This document shows positions 48,275 to 58,185 of a stretch of DNA of 64,000 nucleotides, in pieces. Numbering within the stretch: position 1 is the first letter of the stretch; every line of letters starts with the position of its first letter. The position numbers were made by a program, and so were the translations under genes. The notes beneath the pieces are model-generated. The model had not been told where the DNA came from. It saw only the letters and a program-made list of their open reading frames with translations, and ran no database searches. Origin of the DNA: Nitrosopumilaceae archaeon (GTDB lineage Archaea > Thermoproteota > Nitrososphaeria > Nitrososphaerales > Nitrosopumilaceae); contig CBDBCR010000002.1 of NCBI GenBank assembly GCA_965203465.1, positions 99,876 to 163,875 of the forward strand, written 5' to 3'.

Positions 48275-48682
48275 GTGGCCTGCGTGTTCTGCGAGATACT
48301 GCGGGGCCGCCAGAGCTGCCACGAGGTCCACTCGGACGCCGGCCACGTGGCGTTCCTCGACCGCTATCCAATAGACCTGGGCCACCTGCTGGTGGTGCCG
48401 CGCAGGCACTACGAGCGCATAACCGACATGCCCGGCCCCGAGGTGGCGCGCCTCTTCGAGCTGGTGCCGCGCGTGGCGCGCGCGGCGCTGCGGGCGACGG
48501 GGGCGTCGGGGTTCAGCATAGCGCAGAACAACGGGCGCGACGCGCGCCAGATAGTCCCGCACGTGCACGTCCACGTGATACCGCGCTACCGCGGGCGGGG
48601 CGCCGTCTGGACGGGCCGCAGGATAACGGGGGACGGCGAGCTGGAGAGCCTCGCCTCCAAGATACGCTCTCAAGAGCCGTAG
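48275..48682 (+). CDS. HIT-family hydrolase
   Basis: CVFCEI, GHLLVVPRRH, QIVPHVHVHVIPR motifs. Confidence 0.92.
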   Translation: MACVFCEILRGRQSCHEVHSDAGHVAFLDRYPIDLGHLLVVPRRHYERITDMPGPEVARLFELVPRVARAALRATGASGFSIAQNNGRDARQIVPHVHVHVIPRYRGRGAVWTGRRITGDGELESLASKIRSQEP

Positions 48683-49956
48683 GCGGGGTTGTAGCGCAGT
48701 ATGGCGCCGACGCTGCCCAGGCTGGCCAGCATCGCGCCGTGCTCCGACGTGCCGGATATGACCTCTATCTTGGCGCCGGTCTTGTCGGCCAGCAGCGCCA
48801 GGTGGTCCACCATGTCCTGCCTGCCCGTCTCCGAATCCGGGGATCCGCACGAGCCGCACGGCTCGGACTGCATCCGGGCGGCCTCCGCGATGGCGCGCGG
48901 CTGCTCTACGATCGCTTCTGCCTCGGCCGAGCACTTGCGGCACCTGGCCCAGACGCGCACTAGGCCCGTAGAGTCGGTGACCAGCAGGGTGGCAACGACG
49001 CTGTTCTTGAGCAGCCCGACCGTCTCTGCCAGCCCGTAGGCCCCCAGGCCGCTGCGCGAGTTGACGTGCCTGAACAGCTCCTCGACCAGCGCCTTTTCCT
49101 CGACCATGCGGTAGTCCGAGAGCACCGGGGCGGCCTTGGCGAACGCCTCCCTGATGCCCTCCGGCCCCGCGTACGAGGCGTCCACGGTGGCAAGCACCGC
49201 CTTTTGCAGCCTGTACTCCAGGTACCCGCCGTTGACGAACTCCTCCTTGGTCGGGCCCGGCCCCGAGACGACCAGCCCCTTGACGGGGTGCATGTCGACG
49301 AAGTAGCGGCGCGTGGTGTCGGCAACGCGGTTAAAGTAGTAGGTCATCTCCATCTCGCGCAGCTTTTGGAAGCGCTTGGCAGACTGGCCGCCCTGCCTGT
49401 GCTTGCCGGCCACGCCCGACGAGGTGTGGTCGAGCACCTCGACGCGGTCGCCGCGCAGCAGGCCCCACCCGGCGTCCTTTGCGTCGATGGCCAGGAACCC
49501 CACCACGTCGTCGTCCTTTAGCATGTCCTTGAGTATGTCGGTGTGGAAGTGGTCGTCGCACCTGTACAGGTACTGCCGCAGGTCCTTGGGCGGGTCTATC
49601 TCCCATATCTGCACGGTCTCGCTGCCCAGCGGCCCGCCGCCCTCGGGCGGCAGCGCCCCGCAGAAGACGGCCAGCCCGCGCTCGGGAGTCTTTTTGAGCA
49701 GCTTTAGGCGCTGGACGACCTTGCCCAGCGAGGCGACCACGTGCGTGCGCGTCAAGTCCGACTTTATGTTGTCCGCCGTGCCCTGCTCCTGCTGCAGCGT
49801 GCCTATGATCTCGTGGAGCTGCTTGTTCTTTGGTATGTACACGGTTATCAGCTCGGTCCCCCTGCCGGACTTTAGCGAGAGCTCTTGTATGGTCCTGCGT
49901 ATCTGGTACATGCGGACCGAGTCGTGCGCCATGTCCCACGCGGCCGATCTTGGCAT
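48670..49956 (-). CDS. prf1: Peptide chain release factor aRF1
   Basis: GTELITVYIP, NIKS, YRCD, GGQS motifs. Confidence 0.96.
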   Translation of the reverse strand: MPRSAAWDMAHDSVRMYQIRRTIQELSLKSGRGTELITVYIPKNKQLHEIIGTLQQEQGTADNIKSDLTRTHVVASLGKVVQRLKLLKKTPERGLAVFCGALPPEGGGPLGSETVQIWEIDPPKDLRQYLYRCDDHFHTDILKDMLKDDDVVGFLAIDAKDAGWGLLRGDRVEVLDHTSSGVAGKHRQGGQSAKRFQKLREMEMTYYFNRVADTTRRYFVDMHPVKGLVVSGPGPTKEEFVNGGYLEYRLQKAVLATVDASYAGPEGIREAFAKAAPVLSDYRMVEEKALVEELFRHVNSRSGLGAYGLAETVGLLKNSVVATLLVTDSTGLVRVWARCRKCSAEAEAIVEQPRAIAEAARMQSEPCGSCGSPDSETGRQDMVDHLALLADKTGAKIEVISGTSEHGAMLASLGSVGAILRYNPAYGS

Positions 49957-49957
49957 A

Positions 49958-50599
49958 TTAACTTTGACCGAGGCTCTCCATCACCCTGTGGAAGACCTCG
50001 GCCGGCTGGTTGCCGCGCACCTTTACCACGCTCTGCCCGTCGAATATGAGGAACGAGGGGGTCGCGTCTATGCCCATCGAGCCGCCGCGCTCGTACGATT
50101 CGAGCACGGCGGGGCGGTGCCGGCCCTCGTCCATGCACGACTCGAACGGGGCAAGCTCGGCGCCCGCCTCGGAGGCGAACGAGCCGAGCGCCTGCCGCGT
50201 GACCCACCCGGTCCTCTCGCCGCCCCAGTTTTCGTACAGCAGGCCGTGGTACCGCCAGTACAGGCCCTGCTCGGCCGCGCAGCGCGAGGCCTGCGCGGCC
50301 AGGACGGAATCCTCGCCGTTGAGCGGAAAGTCCTGGAAGACGATGCTGGCCCTGCCCTCCTCTACGTATCCCATCAGCTGCGGGAGCGTGTCGCGGTGGA
50401 ACCGGTAGCAGTACGTGCACTGGTAGTCTCCGTATTCCACTATGGTTATGGGCGCCGAGGCCGAGCCCATCCTGGGCGAGCCGCCCTCCTCTATGGCCGA
50501 CGGCGTCAGGCCGCCGGGCTCGCCTGCGAGCAGGCCGGCCGACAGGATGCCGGCAGCCGCGCCGCCGGCGGCAACTGCGGCCACTAGCAGGTACTTCAC
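49958..50599 (-). CDS. DsbA-family thiol-disulfide oxidoreductase
   Basis: EYGDYQCTYC, DFPL, GIDATPSF motifs; N-terminal anchor. Confidence 0.88.
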   Translation of the reverse strand: MKYLLVAAVAAGGAAAGILSAGLLAGEPGGLTPSAIEEGGSPRMGSASAPITIVEYGDYQCTYCYRFHRDTLPQLMGYVEEGRASIVFQDFPLNGEDSVLAAQASRCAAEQGLYWRYHGLLYENWGGERTGWVTRQALGSFASEAGAELAPFESCMDEGRHRPAVLESYERGGSMGIDATPSFLIFDGQSVVKVRGNQPAEVFHRVMESLGQS

Positions 50600-50669
50600 G
50601 GGGGGCCCGGCGGCCGGGCCGCGTAAAAACCTTCGAAACAGTAAAAACCGGCCGCACCCCGGCGCCCCC

Positions 50670-50801
50670 GTGATCTGCGCAGAGTGCGAAAAGAGGCGAC
50701 ATTTCGCCTGCATAGACTGCAAGAGCAACCACAGCACCTACCTGTGCGGGTGCGAGTGCCACGACGAAAACACCCAGCCGCACGAGGTGGAGGGGCACTA
50801 G
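50670..50801 (+). CDS. 43-aa Cys-rich metal-binding microprotein
   Basis: MICAECEKRRHFACIDCKSNHSTYLCGCECHDE...; 7 Cys. Confidence 0.65.
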   Translation: MICAECEKRRHFACIDCKSNHSTYLCGCECHDENTQPHEVEGH

Positions 50802-50874
50802 CCGGCGGGCGGTTAAAAAACCATGCCATGCCGCCAAAGTTCATAAGCAAAAACCCCTTCCCGTGCGGCGATCC

Positions 50875-52581
50875 ATGGACGACGGGTTCGGCAGTCTAGA
50901 GTACGTGATGGACAGGTACTCAAAGTCGTGGTGCTGGAAGGTGACCGGCGACGGGGCCGTCGGCATGATCTCGCGGCTGGTGCCAAGCTCCTGGTACGGC
51001 GACGGGGAAGACGCGGTCATAATCCCTGACAACCCCGAGAACGTGGGCCACCTGAAATGGATGAACGAAAAGCACCCGCTCGAGATCCTCTCAAAGGTGG
51101 CCTGGCGGCGGCGCGCCGCGCGCGCGGCCCCGCGCCGGCCCGACGAGCCGCTGCCCGACCTGGAGGAGGCCGAGCCGGGCCCGCAGTTCCTCGGCGAGCT
51201 GCTCGGCTTCCAGAAGCAGGGCCTCGACTTTCTGATAAAGTCCTCGGGCAACGCGCTGCTGGCCGACGAGATGGGCCTCGGCAAGACGGTCCAGACGCTG
51301 GCGTACCTCTCCACCGAGAGGCGGCCGTTCCCGGCGCTGGTGGTGTCCCCGCTGGTCACGCTGGGCAACTGGAGGCGCGAGATAGGCAGGTTCATGGGCA
51401 GGCGCAGCAGGAACGGCCGGATAAACGCGTCCGGCTCGCCCGAATCGGTGACGATAAGGACAGGCAGGCGCGGCGCGCTGCCGCCGGCCGACATTTACAT
51501 CACGAACTACGAGCTGGTGTACAAGCGCGCCGACGACCTCGCGCGCGCGAACCTGCGGACGATCGTGTGCGACGAAGTGCACAACCTGCGATCAAAGTCC
51601 ACGCAAAAGTACCGGGCCGTGCGGCGACTCTCATCGCTGCCGTCGGTCGAGTACCGGATAGGCCTTTCGGGCACGCCCATATACAACCACGGCTCGGAGA
51701 TCTGGCCCATCGTCAACATACTGCGCCCCGGCCTGCTGGGCAACTACCGCGAGTTCTGCCAGTACTTTTGCTACATCAACGACAGGGGCAAGGCCATCGT
51801 GCTCGAAAAGAGGCGCGAGTCGCTGCGCCGCGTGCTGCAGCAGCACGTGATGCTGCGCCGCAAAAAGTCCGACGTGGCCCTCGAGCTCAAGGACAAGGTC
51901 AGGTACAAGGAGGTCATCGAATCCGACGCCGACTATTACGAATCCGAGCTGGGCCGGATCTGGCGCAGGCTCGAGGAGGAGCAGCGCGCCGGCGGCGCCG
52001 ATTTCGACAAGTCGGCCTCCTACCAGCGGGCCATAGCCGGGGAGCGCAAGGCCGCCGCGGTCGCCAAGATGCCGCACGTCATAAAGTTCGTGCGCAACAT
52101 CATGGAGATAGAGGAGAGCGTCGTGGTCTTTTGCCACCACCGGACGATACACTCGTTGCTCCACGAGAGCCTCTCGTCGTTCTCGCCCTCGTCGATAATA
52201 GGCGGGCAGAGGGACGAGGAGCGCCAGCGCAACATGGACGACTTCCAGGACGGCAAGTCGCGCCTGATGATAGCGGGCCTGCGGGCCGGCAACGTGGGGA
52301 TAAACCTGACGCGCGCAAAGTACGTCGTCTTCGCCGAGCTGGACTGGAGCCCGGCGGTCCACAGGCAGGCCGAGGACCGCCTTCACCGCATAGGCCAAAA
52401 GGGGACCGTCTTTGCGTACTATCTGATAGGCAGCGGCACGCTCGACGAGCACGTGGCCGGCGTCCTGGTGGACAAGAGCTACGAGATAGACAGCATTCTG
52501 GACGAGGGCGCCGAGCAGTTCGACCAGCGCGACAAGGCGCGCCTCATACTGGAGCACATACACGCGAGGGGCGCCAGGTGA
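50875..52581 (+). CDS. SNF2-family (HARP-like) helicase, copy 1
   Basis: LLADEMGLGKT, DEVH, LSGTP, GINLT, QAEDRLHRIGQ motifs. Confidence 0.93.
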   Translation: MDDGFGSLEYVMDRYSKSWCWKVTGDGAVGMISRLVPSSWYGDGEDAVIIPDNPENVGHLKWMNEKHPLEILSKVAWRRRAARAAPRRPDEPLPDLEEAEPGPQFLGELLGFQKQGLDFLIKSSGNALLADEMGLGKTVQTLAYLSTERRPFPALVVSPLVTLGNWRREIGRFMGRRSRNGRINASGSPESVTIRTGRRGALPPADIYITNYELVYKRADDLARANLRTIVCDEVHNLRSKSTQKYRAVRRLSSLPSVEYRIGLSGTPIYNHGSEIWPIVNILRPGLLGNYREFCQYFCYINDRGKAIVLEKRRESLRRVLQQHVMLRRKKSDVALELKDKVRYKEVIESDADYYESELGRIWRRLEEEQRAGGADFDKSASYQRAIAGERKAAAVAKMPHVIKFVRNIMEIEESVVVFCHHRTIHSLLHESLSSFSPSSIIGGQRDEERQRNMDDFQDGKSRLMIAGLRAGNVGINLTRAKYVVFAELDWSPAVHRQAEDRLHRIGQKGTVFAYYLIGSGTLDEHVAGVLVDKSYEIDSILDEGAEQFDQRDKARLILEHIHARGAR

Positions 52582-53000
52582 GGTTCGAGGTCCGGTTCCG
52601 CGGCCACCCGTGCGTGCGCTCCACGCACGGCTCGACCGTCGAGATCACCGGCTCGGGCTCGCTCACGCCGGCGGGCGACTGCATAGTGGGGGTCTCGGCC
52701 TCGTGCGGGTGCGCCGGCCTGCCCGGCCCGCTCAAGGAAACGCTGCGCGACGGCTCCTCGCGCGTGCGCCTGACGCTCTCGGCCGGCCCGCACGAGTTCT
52801 CGTTCGAGGGGCGGGGGTCGCCGGCGCTGGAACTTTCGGATCCGCGCGACATGGTGATGAGGACCAGCACGCACGCGTGCCCGCGCACGCTGGCAGTCTC
52901 GTGCACGCGCGCCTCGGATTCGGTGCCGCGCTCCATGGTCGCCGCGCTCCGGGATCCGGGCGCGCGCGGGACGCTGGCCATCGAGGCCGGCCCGCCATGA
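52578..53000 (+). CDS. DUF371 archaeal protein
   Basis: GHP.VRSTH.ST.EIT...LTP.GDCIVGV motif; GTGA overlap. Confidence 0.85.
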   Translation: MRFEVRFRGHPCVRSTHGSTVEITGSGSLTPAGDCIVGVSASCGCAGLPGPLKETLRDGSSRVRLTLSAGPHEFSFEGRGSPALELSDPRDMVMRTSTHACPRTLAVSCTRASDSVPRSMVAALRDPGARGTLAIEAGPP

Positions 53001-53122
53001 CCCCGCCCGATCCGTCCGCCCGCGCAGCAAAAGAGTTTGATCCCTTGTCTAAACCAATTCACCCGTGCGCGATCTCCGCCGCGGCGCAATGACCTATATA
53101 CGGGGCGTCTAGCCGCGCCGGC

Positions 53123-54997
53123 ATGGAGAAGGCCGAGTACGGATCGCTTCTGCAGCGCCTGCTTGCCAAGGAGGAAAAGCCCGAGCGCGCAAAGAGGGTG
53201 CGATCGTCCACGCAGAAGCGCAAGCGCAAGATCGAGCCGGAGCAGTCGGTGTACGGCGAGATCACGGTGCGCGCCATAAAGGGCAAGGAGTGGATCATAG
53301 TCGAGTGCGGTTACGTCTTGGAAATGCACCTGCTCAGATCGGTCTTTTGCGCCGCGTACCCGCCCGTGCACGTCTCCCCTCACATAGACAACGTGCTCGT
53401 GCTGCGCAAGGTGCTGGAGCGCTACCCCATGAAGATAAACACCCCGAAAAAGTGGGAGGAGATCCAGGGCAGGGTGGACGCCGAGCTCGCGCTCGCCGGG
53501 CGCCTCTCGTCGCTGGAGCACAGGTCGCCCGATCCGGACATGTTCCGAGGCGAGCTGATGGAGTTCCAAAAGCTGGGCCTGGACTTTTTCGAAAAGACGC
53601 GCGGCGTGGCCCTGCTGGCAGACGAGATGGGCCTCGGCAAGACCGTCCAGACGCTGGCGTACCTGTCGGGCCACCCAGAGGCGATGCCGGCCGTCGTGGT
53701 GGCCCCCCTCATCACGCTGGACAACTGGGCAAGGGAGGTGCGCAGGTTCCTCAGGACGCCGGGGGCCGGCGGCGAGCCGGCCGTGCCCCGCATCGCCAAG
53801 ATCCGCAAGGGCGCCCGCAAGGCCCTGCCCGAGGCCGACATTTACCTGATAAACTACGAGCTGGTCAGCAAGCGCATAAAGGATCTGGTAAACTCGGGGC
53901 CGGCCACCGTGGTGTTCGACGAGATACAGCACCTGCGCAACCCCTCGTCCAAGCGGTTCGCCGCGTGCCAGGCGCTCGCGGGGGCAGACGGGGTGGACAG
54001 GCGCATAGGGCTGTCGGGCACGCCCATATACAACCACGGCATCGAGATGCACGGGATATCCGACGTGCTAAAGCCGGGCGTGCTCGGCGAGCGCTACGAG
54101 TTCGTCGGCAAGTACTGCGACAGGGACACCTCGTCGACGTCGAGGGACAGGCGCAAGCCGCTCTCGGAGGTGCTCGGCAGGAGCATCCTGCTGAGGCGCC
54201 GCAAGTCCGAGGTCATGTCGGACATGCCCGACAAGAACCGCCTGGTCCAGAACATCGACATAGACGAGGAGCAGTACGACATGGCCGTCGAGGCCATGTA
54301 CCAAAAGATGGAGGCCGCAAAGGCACTGGCCGACGCGGCCTCGGGCGCCGAGCGCAGCAGCCTCATGTCCGAGTTCAACCAGGAGGCGCGCCAGATGAGG
54401 ATACAGGAGAGGCAGGTGGCCGGCATCGCAAAGGCGCCGCACGTCGTCGAGTACCTCAACATGCTGCTCTCGGATCACGAGGAGGAAAAGTTCGTCGTGT
54501 TCTGCCACCACAAGGAGGTGCGCCGGATACTGTTCCGCGGCCTGCGCCAGGCCAGCCCGGTGCAGGTAATGGGGGGGCAGACCGACAGGGCCAGGCAGGC
54601 GTCCATCGATTCGTTCCAGGAGGATCCGGACTGCCGCGCCATAATCTGCGGCCTGCGCGCGGGCAACCTCGGCATAAACCTGACGCGCGCGGCGTACGTC
54701 ATATTCGCCGAGCTGGACTGGAGCCCGGCGGTGCACATCCAGGCCGAGGACCGGCTGCACCGCATCGGGCAGAAGCGCGCGGTCTTTTCGCACTATCTGG
54801 TGGGCCGGGGGACGTTCGACGAGTTTCTGGTCGGGACGCTCTCGGACAAGGCCGAGCAGATAGGCAACGCGCTGGGCGACAAGGTCGAAAAGATAGACAA
54901 CGCGCGCGCCCTCGAGGCCCTTCGCGCCAGGTTCGGGAGCAAGGCCGCCCGGGACGCGGGGCGCGGCGGCGCCGAAGCCGACCAGCTGTCCATCTAG
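53123..54997 (+). CDS. SNF2-family helicase, copy 2
   Basis: LLADEMGLGKT, DEIQ, LSGTP, QAEDRLHRIGQ motifs; TATATA box upstream. Confidence 0.92.
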   Translation: MEKAEYGSLLQRLLAKEEKPERAKRVRSSTQKRKRKIEPEQSVYGEITVRAIKGKEWIIVECGYVLEMHLLRSVFCAAYPPVHVSPHIDNVLVLRKVLERYPMKINTPKKWEEIQGRVDAELALAGRLSSLEHRSPDPDMFRGELMEFQKLGLDFFEKTRGVALLADEMGLGKTVQTLAYLSGHPEAMPAVVVAPLITLDNWAREVRRFLRTPGAGGEPAVPRIAKIRKGARKALPEADIYLINYELVSKRIKDLVNSGPATVVFDEIQHLRNPSSKRFAACQALAGADGVDRRIGLSGTPIYNHGIEMHGISDVLKPGVLGERYEFVGKYCDRDTSSTSRDRRKPLSEVLGRSILLRRRKSEVMSDMPDKNRLVQNIDIDEEQYDMAVEAMYQKMEAAKALADAASGAERSSLMSEFNQEARQMRIQERQVAGIAKAPHVVEYLNMLLSDHEEEKFVVFCHHKEVRRILFRGLRQASPVQVMGGQTDRARQASIDSFQEDPDCRAIICGLRAGNLGINLTRAAYVIFAELDWSPAVHIQAEDRLHRIGQKRAVFSHYLVGRGTFDEFLVGTLSDKAEQIGNALGDKVEKIDNARALEALRARFGSKAARDAGRGGAEADQLSI

Positions 54998-55068
54998 CCC
55001 GTTCCGGGGGCGCCTGTTCTACAGGATTGGGACAAATGCTTTTAACCGCTCCCGGGCCAGCCAGCCCA

Positions 55069-56397
55069 ATGAATGCTACAAAGTACGGATTATACGCGAT
55101 GCTTCCGCTGCTGGCAGTCGCGCTGCTGGCCGGCCAGGCCGGCGAGGCGGCAAAGTCGGGCGGCGCGCCGCTGAGCTCTTACGGTTCGGCAAACTCTGTC
55201 GTCTGCGGCGACCGCCTCTGCTCGGAGTATCCGGGCGGGCGCGCGGCGTTCGAGGCCATGATGCGGGGCGAGACGTCCCCGCCCGGCCGCGGATCCTCGC
55301 CCCAGGTCGGCGACGAGGCCATGGCCGTCCCGTCCGAGACGGACGCCATGACGGAAGATTCCATGATGGACGGAGCCATGATGGAGCAGGACGCCATGAC
55401 GGAAGGCTCCATGACGGAGGACGCCATGGTGGATACTGCCAAAAAACTGACGCTCGGGAGGGCAAGCGTGCCCGCGGTCATGCCCATGCACATGGGCTAC
55501 TATGACGGCGAGCCGGTCTACTATATCGTCACCGATTCCAGCGAGCAGACCCACGCAGACACGGTCACGGAGATGCAGGGCTGGAAGGTAGAGCTTGCCC
55601 CGCCCCTGGCGCAGACGCCGGATTCGGCGCTCTCGCCCGTCTACTTCTTCACCAACGGCGTGGAAGGCGACGGCGTGCACGGGTACCAGAACCAGGTCTT
55701 TACGTCGGTGCCCGGGCAGGAAGGCTACAGCGCCCTCACCTCGCACGTGCACGTGACGTGGAACGACGGGGACGAGGCGCGCGAGCTGACATCCGCGGCG
55801 CAGGTAATGCAGGCTGCCGACGACGGCGCGGTCATACTTACGGATCTGCCCGTGGTGATGAACATGCCTCAGATAGTCTGGCCCGGCGGCCAGCTGCAGA
55901 CCGTTGACCGCGAACTGACAGACGACTCGCCGTACGGCGGCGGGCAGGTGCTCGACATCGACACCGACGGCATGGAGGTGACCTTCATAGCGCACAGGGG
56001 ATGGGGGCCCGACGGCCGCACCATCTACTACATCGTGACGGACGCCACGCCCAGCGGGCCCGCAGAGGCCATGGGGGTCGTAGACGCGCCCTCTGCTGCG
56101 GCGCTCGTGGCCAGCCCGGCCGCGGTGGACCTGTACCAGTTCCGCAACGGCATCGCCGGCCCCGGGCCGCTCGGCTTCCAGCCGGGCATAGCCACGGGGG
56201 CGCCGGGAGACGAGAACTACAGCCCGATGTGGCGCATATTCGTGGTCGGGTGGGAAGACCCGTCCGAAGCCGCGCTGCTCGAAACCGTAGGGGACATCAA
56301 CGCGTACCGTCAATCAGGGCAGGTCTCGATCGAGATCGCGCGCCCGATGGACAGCGATCACATCGTAAACTGCCCGTTCATAGACCCGTTCCAGTAG
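55069..56397 (+). CDS. Secreted protein with a Met/acidic-rich linker and a duplicated YYIVTD...YS domain
   Basis: Signal peptide; VCGDRLCSE motif; DAM/SMM repeats; two homologous G..VYYIVTD...Y.F.NG..G.G..G.Q...PG...YS domains. Confidence 0.85.
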   Translation: MNATKYGLYAMLPLLAVALLAGQAGEAAKSGGAPLSSYGSANSVVCGDRLCSEYPGGRAAFEAMMRGETSPPGRGSSPQVGDEAMAVPSETDAMTEDSMMDGAMMEQDAMTEGSMTEDAMVDTAKKLTLGRASVPAVMPMHMGYYDGEPVYYIVTDSSEQTHADTVTEMQGWKVELAPPLAQTPDSALSPVYFFTNGVEGDGVHGYQNQVFTSVPGQEGYSALTSHVHVTWNDGDEARELTSAAQVMQAADDGAVILTDLPVVMNMPQIVWPGGQLQTVDRELTDDSPYGGGQVLDIDTDGMEVTFIAHRGWGPDGRTIYYIVTDATPSGPAEAMGVVDAPSAAALVASPAAVDLYQFRNGIAGPGPLGFQPGIATGAPGDENYSPMWRIFVVGWEDPSEAALLETVGDINAYRQSGQVSIEIARPMDSDHIVNCPFIDPFQ

Positions 56398-56421
56398 GAT
56401 CGGGCGATTCTCATTTTTCGG

Positions 56422-57060
56422 CTAGGGCGGCACGACGCACGTGCCGGTGGCCGGGTTGTACGCGAGCCCCGGGCCGCACGAGGGAGCGATGCACGAGCCG
56501 GACTCCTCGTCGAGTATGGCGCCGCTCCCGCACGAGGGGCGGGTGCAGACGCCGCCCTCCATGACGAGGCCGAGGCCGCACCTCGAATCCTGCAGCACGC
56601 CCGGCGCCTCCGGCCCCCAAAGGTCGATCTGCGTGTAGGCGAGCGCGCCGCCCGCCGCCACGGCGGCCGCTGCGGCCGCCAGTATTATCCACTTTTTGCC
56701 GACGCTGCGCCTCCGCGCCGGCGCCTCTGTCTTTTTGACGGGCGGCTCCGGGGCCGGGGGCGATTCCTTGCCTATGTCGAACAGGGCCGCCCCGCACCAC
56801 ATGCAGTAGTTGCCGCCCACCTGGTTCTTTTTGCCGCACTTCCAGCAGTGTATCAGGGTGAGGTGATCCTCCTTTTCTTCCTCTTCGGGCTTTATCCTGA
56901 CGAGGTACTTTTCCTTAAGCTCGGCCAGGTACTTTTGGTCGCTGTCCCACAGCGTCTTGTTGTGTATGTACGACTGCTTGATGTGCTCCAGCCTGAACAC
57001 GTCGCCGACCCCGAGGCGGAGCAGCTCGTTGACCTCGTCTACGATGTCGGCCGATTCCAC
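56422..57060 (-). CDS. Zn-ribbon membrane protein with a Cys-rich external tail
   Basis: CWKCG..YCMWCG, one TM helix, three CG.G....C repeats. Confidence 0.8.
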   Translation of the reverse strand: MESADIVDEVNELLRLGVGDVFRLEHIKQSYIHNKTLWDSDQKYLAELKEKYLVRIKPEEEEKEDHLTLIHCWKCGKKNQVGGNYCMWCGAALFDIGKESPPAPEPPVKKTEAPARRRSVGKKWIILAAAAAAVAAGGALAYTQIDLWGPEAPGVLQDSRCGLGLVMEGGVCTRPSCGSGAILDEESGSCIAPSCGPGLAYNPATGTCVVPP

Positions 57061-57111
57061 GGAAGCGCCCCGGGGGGGCCATTGAAAACCGTTTCTATCC
57101 GCCCGCGGGCC

Positions 57112-57406
57112 TCAGTCGGGGCGTTCGGACAGCTTGTAGAGCGGCTTGCGGTGCGCGTTTCGCCCGACCTCGACTAGCCTGACCGTGCGGACGTATTCGT
57201 CAAAGCCGCGCTCCGCCCCTGACTTCCCTGCCGCGCCTACACGCTTGGACGTGCTCGATCACCCGGGAGCGCGTCGCGCCGGCCTCTGGCGTAATGGAGT
57301 TTTCAAAGCACATCTCCAAGGCCAGATCCAGTATCGACGGCTCAGATTAGGACGATTTGGTTTCCACGACCGCGGGACTGTTGGACTGCGCGTCCGGCTC
57401 CGCCAT
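57112..57406 (-). pseudogene. Probable decayed small (wHTH-like) gene
   Basis: ATG 57406 MAEPDAQS.., internal TAA, in-frame SILDLALEMCFENS.., then frameshifted GFDEYVRTVRLVEVGRNAHRKPLYKL. Confidence 0.35.
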
Positions 57407-57538
57407 GTCCGGGCGACGCCGCAGCGCGCAATAACTTCTCTGCGAAGCCGGCGATCCGGGCCGCACTCCGGACGCGCCCGCGCAGGAAAAGCCCGGCAGA
57501 ACCAAAGGGCTAAATCCGCCCGCCCCGGCGGGGCCGGC

Positions 57539-57778
57539 GTGGACTTTATGCTCGAAGAGGAGCTGGTGGACCTGATCACCGAGTGCCTGCAGAATCCGGG
57601 CGACGCCAAAAAGGAGGAGCGCATAACCCAGATAGGCAAGATTCTCCACGAGGACGGCGGGCTTGACGCCATGGAGAACTTTTTCTTCGCCGCCGGCAAC
57701 CGTGTGATGGGTGAGACCGGAAAGGACCCGGCGCCCCTGCGCAGGCTGTGGTCGGGGATAGACCCGGGCTGGCGCTAG
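57539..57778 (+). CDS. Small conserved hypothetical protein
   Basis: MDFMLEEELVDLITECLQNP...LWSGIDPGWR; coding-like composition. Confidence 0.75.
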   Translation: MDFMLEEELVDLITECLQNPGDAKKEERITQIGKILHEDGGLDAMENFFFAAGNRVMGETGKDPAPLRRLWSGIDPGWR

Positions 57779-58185
57779 CCGACGCTGATGTCCAAATACG
57801 AGACGTCGGCGAGCGGCAGCTGTGTGGCAAGGTCCTGCCAGACGAATATCTCGGCCCGGTACTGGCCCGGCTCCGGGGGAGTCCAAGACAGCGCCATGTT
57901 GGCAGAGCCGCCCGGCGCCAGGCTGTTGCCGAGCCAGCTCAGCTGCACGACGGCCCCGCCCCCGTCCTTTATCTGCACGATGTACAGCAGGTCCTGCCCC
58001 GAGCCGCCCGAATTCGATATGTGCGAAGAGACGTTGAGGGCCGTGTTGGAGCTGACCGTGGTGCCCAGCGCCTCGCCGAACGAGTTGGTCAGGCTCGTCC
58101 CCGAGACGGCCACCGGCCAGCCGTGCTCGGCCGCGAGCGCGCAGGGTACGGCGGCGCACAGCAGGGCCAGGGCGAGGGGGGTCAT
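57775..58185 (-). CDS. Secreted Ig-like domain protein
   Basis: Signal peptide; YIVQIKD..G.VVQLSW, SWTP..PG.Y..EIFVW motifs. Confidence 0.8.
   Translation of the reverse strand: MTPLALALLCAAVPCALAAEHGWPVAVSGTSLTNSFGEALGTTVSSNTALNVSSHISNSGGSGQDLLYIVQIKDGGGAVVQLSWLGNSLAPGGSANMALSWTPPEPGQYRAEIFVWQDLATQLPLADVSYLDISVG

Noticed and set aside
53290-56397. 1035-aa ORF and similar apparent fusions (22743-24398, 24824-26752, 29776-31788, 33490-35250, 51057-53000)
   Set aside because: The upstream parts are off-frame read-through in high-GC DNA; the real genes begin at internal starts supported by TATA boxes or stop/start overlaps
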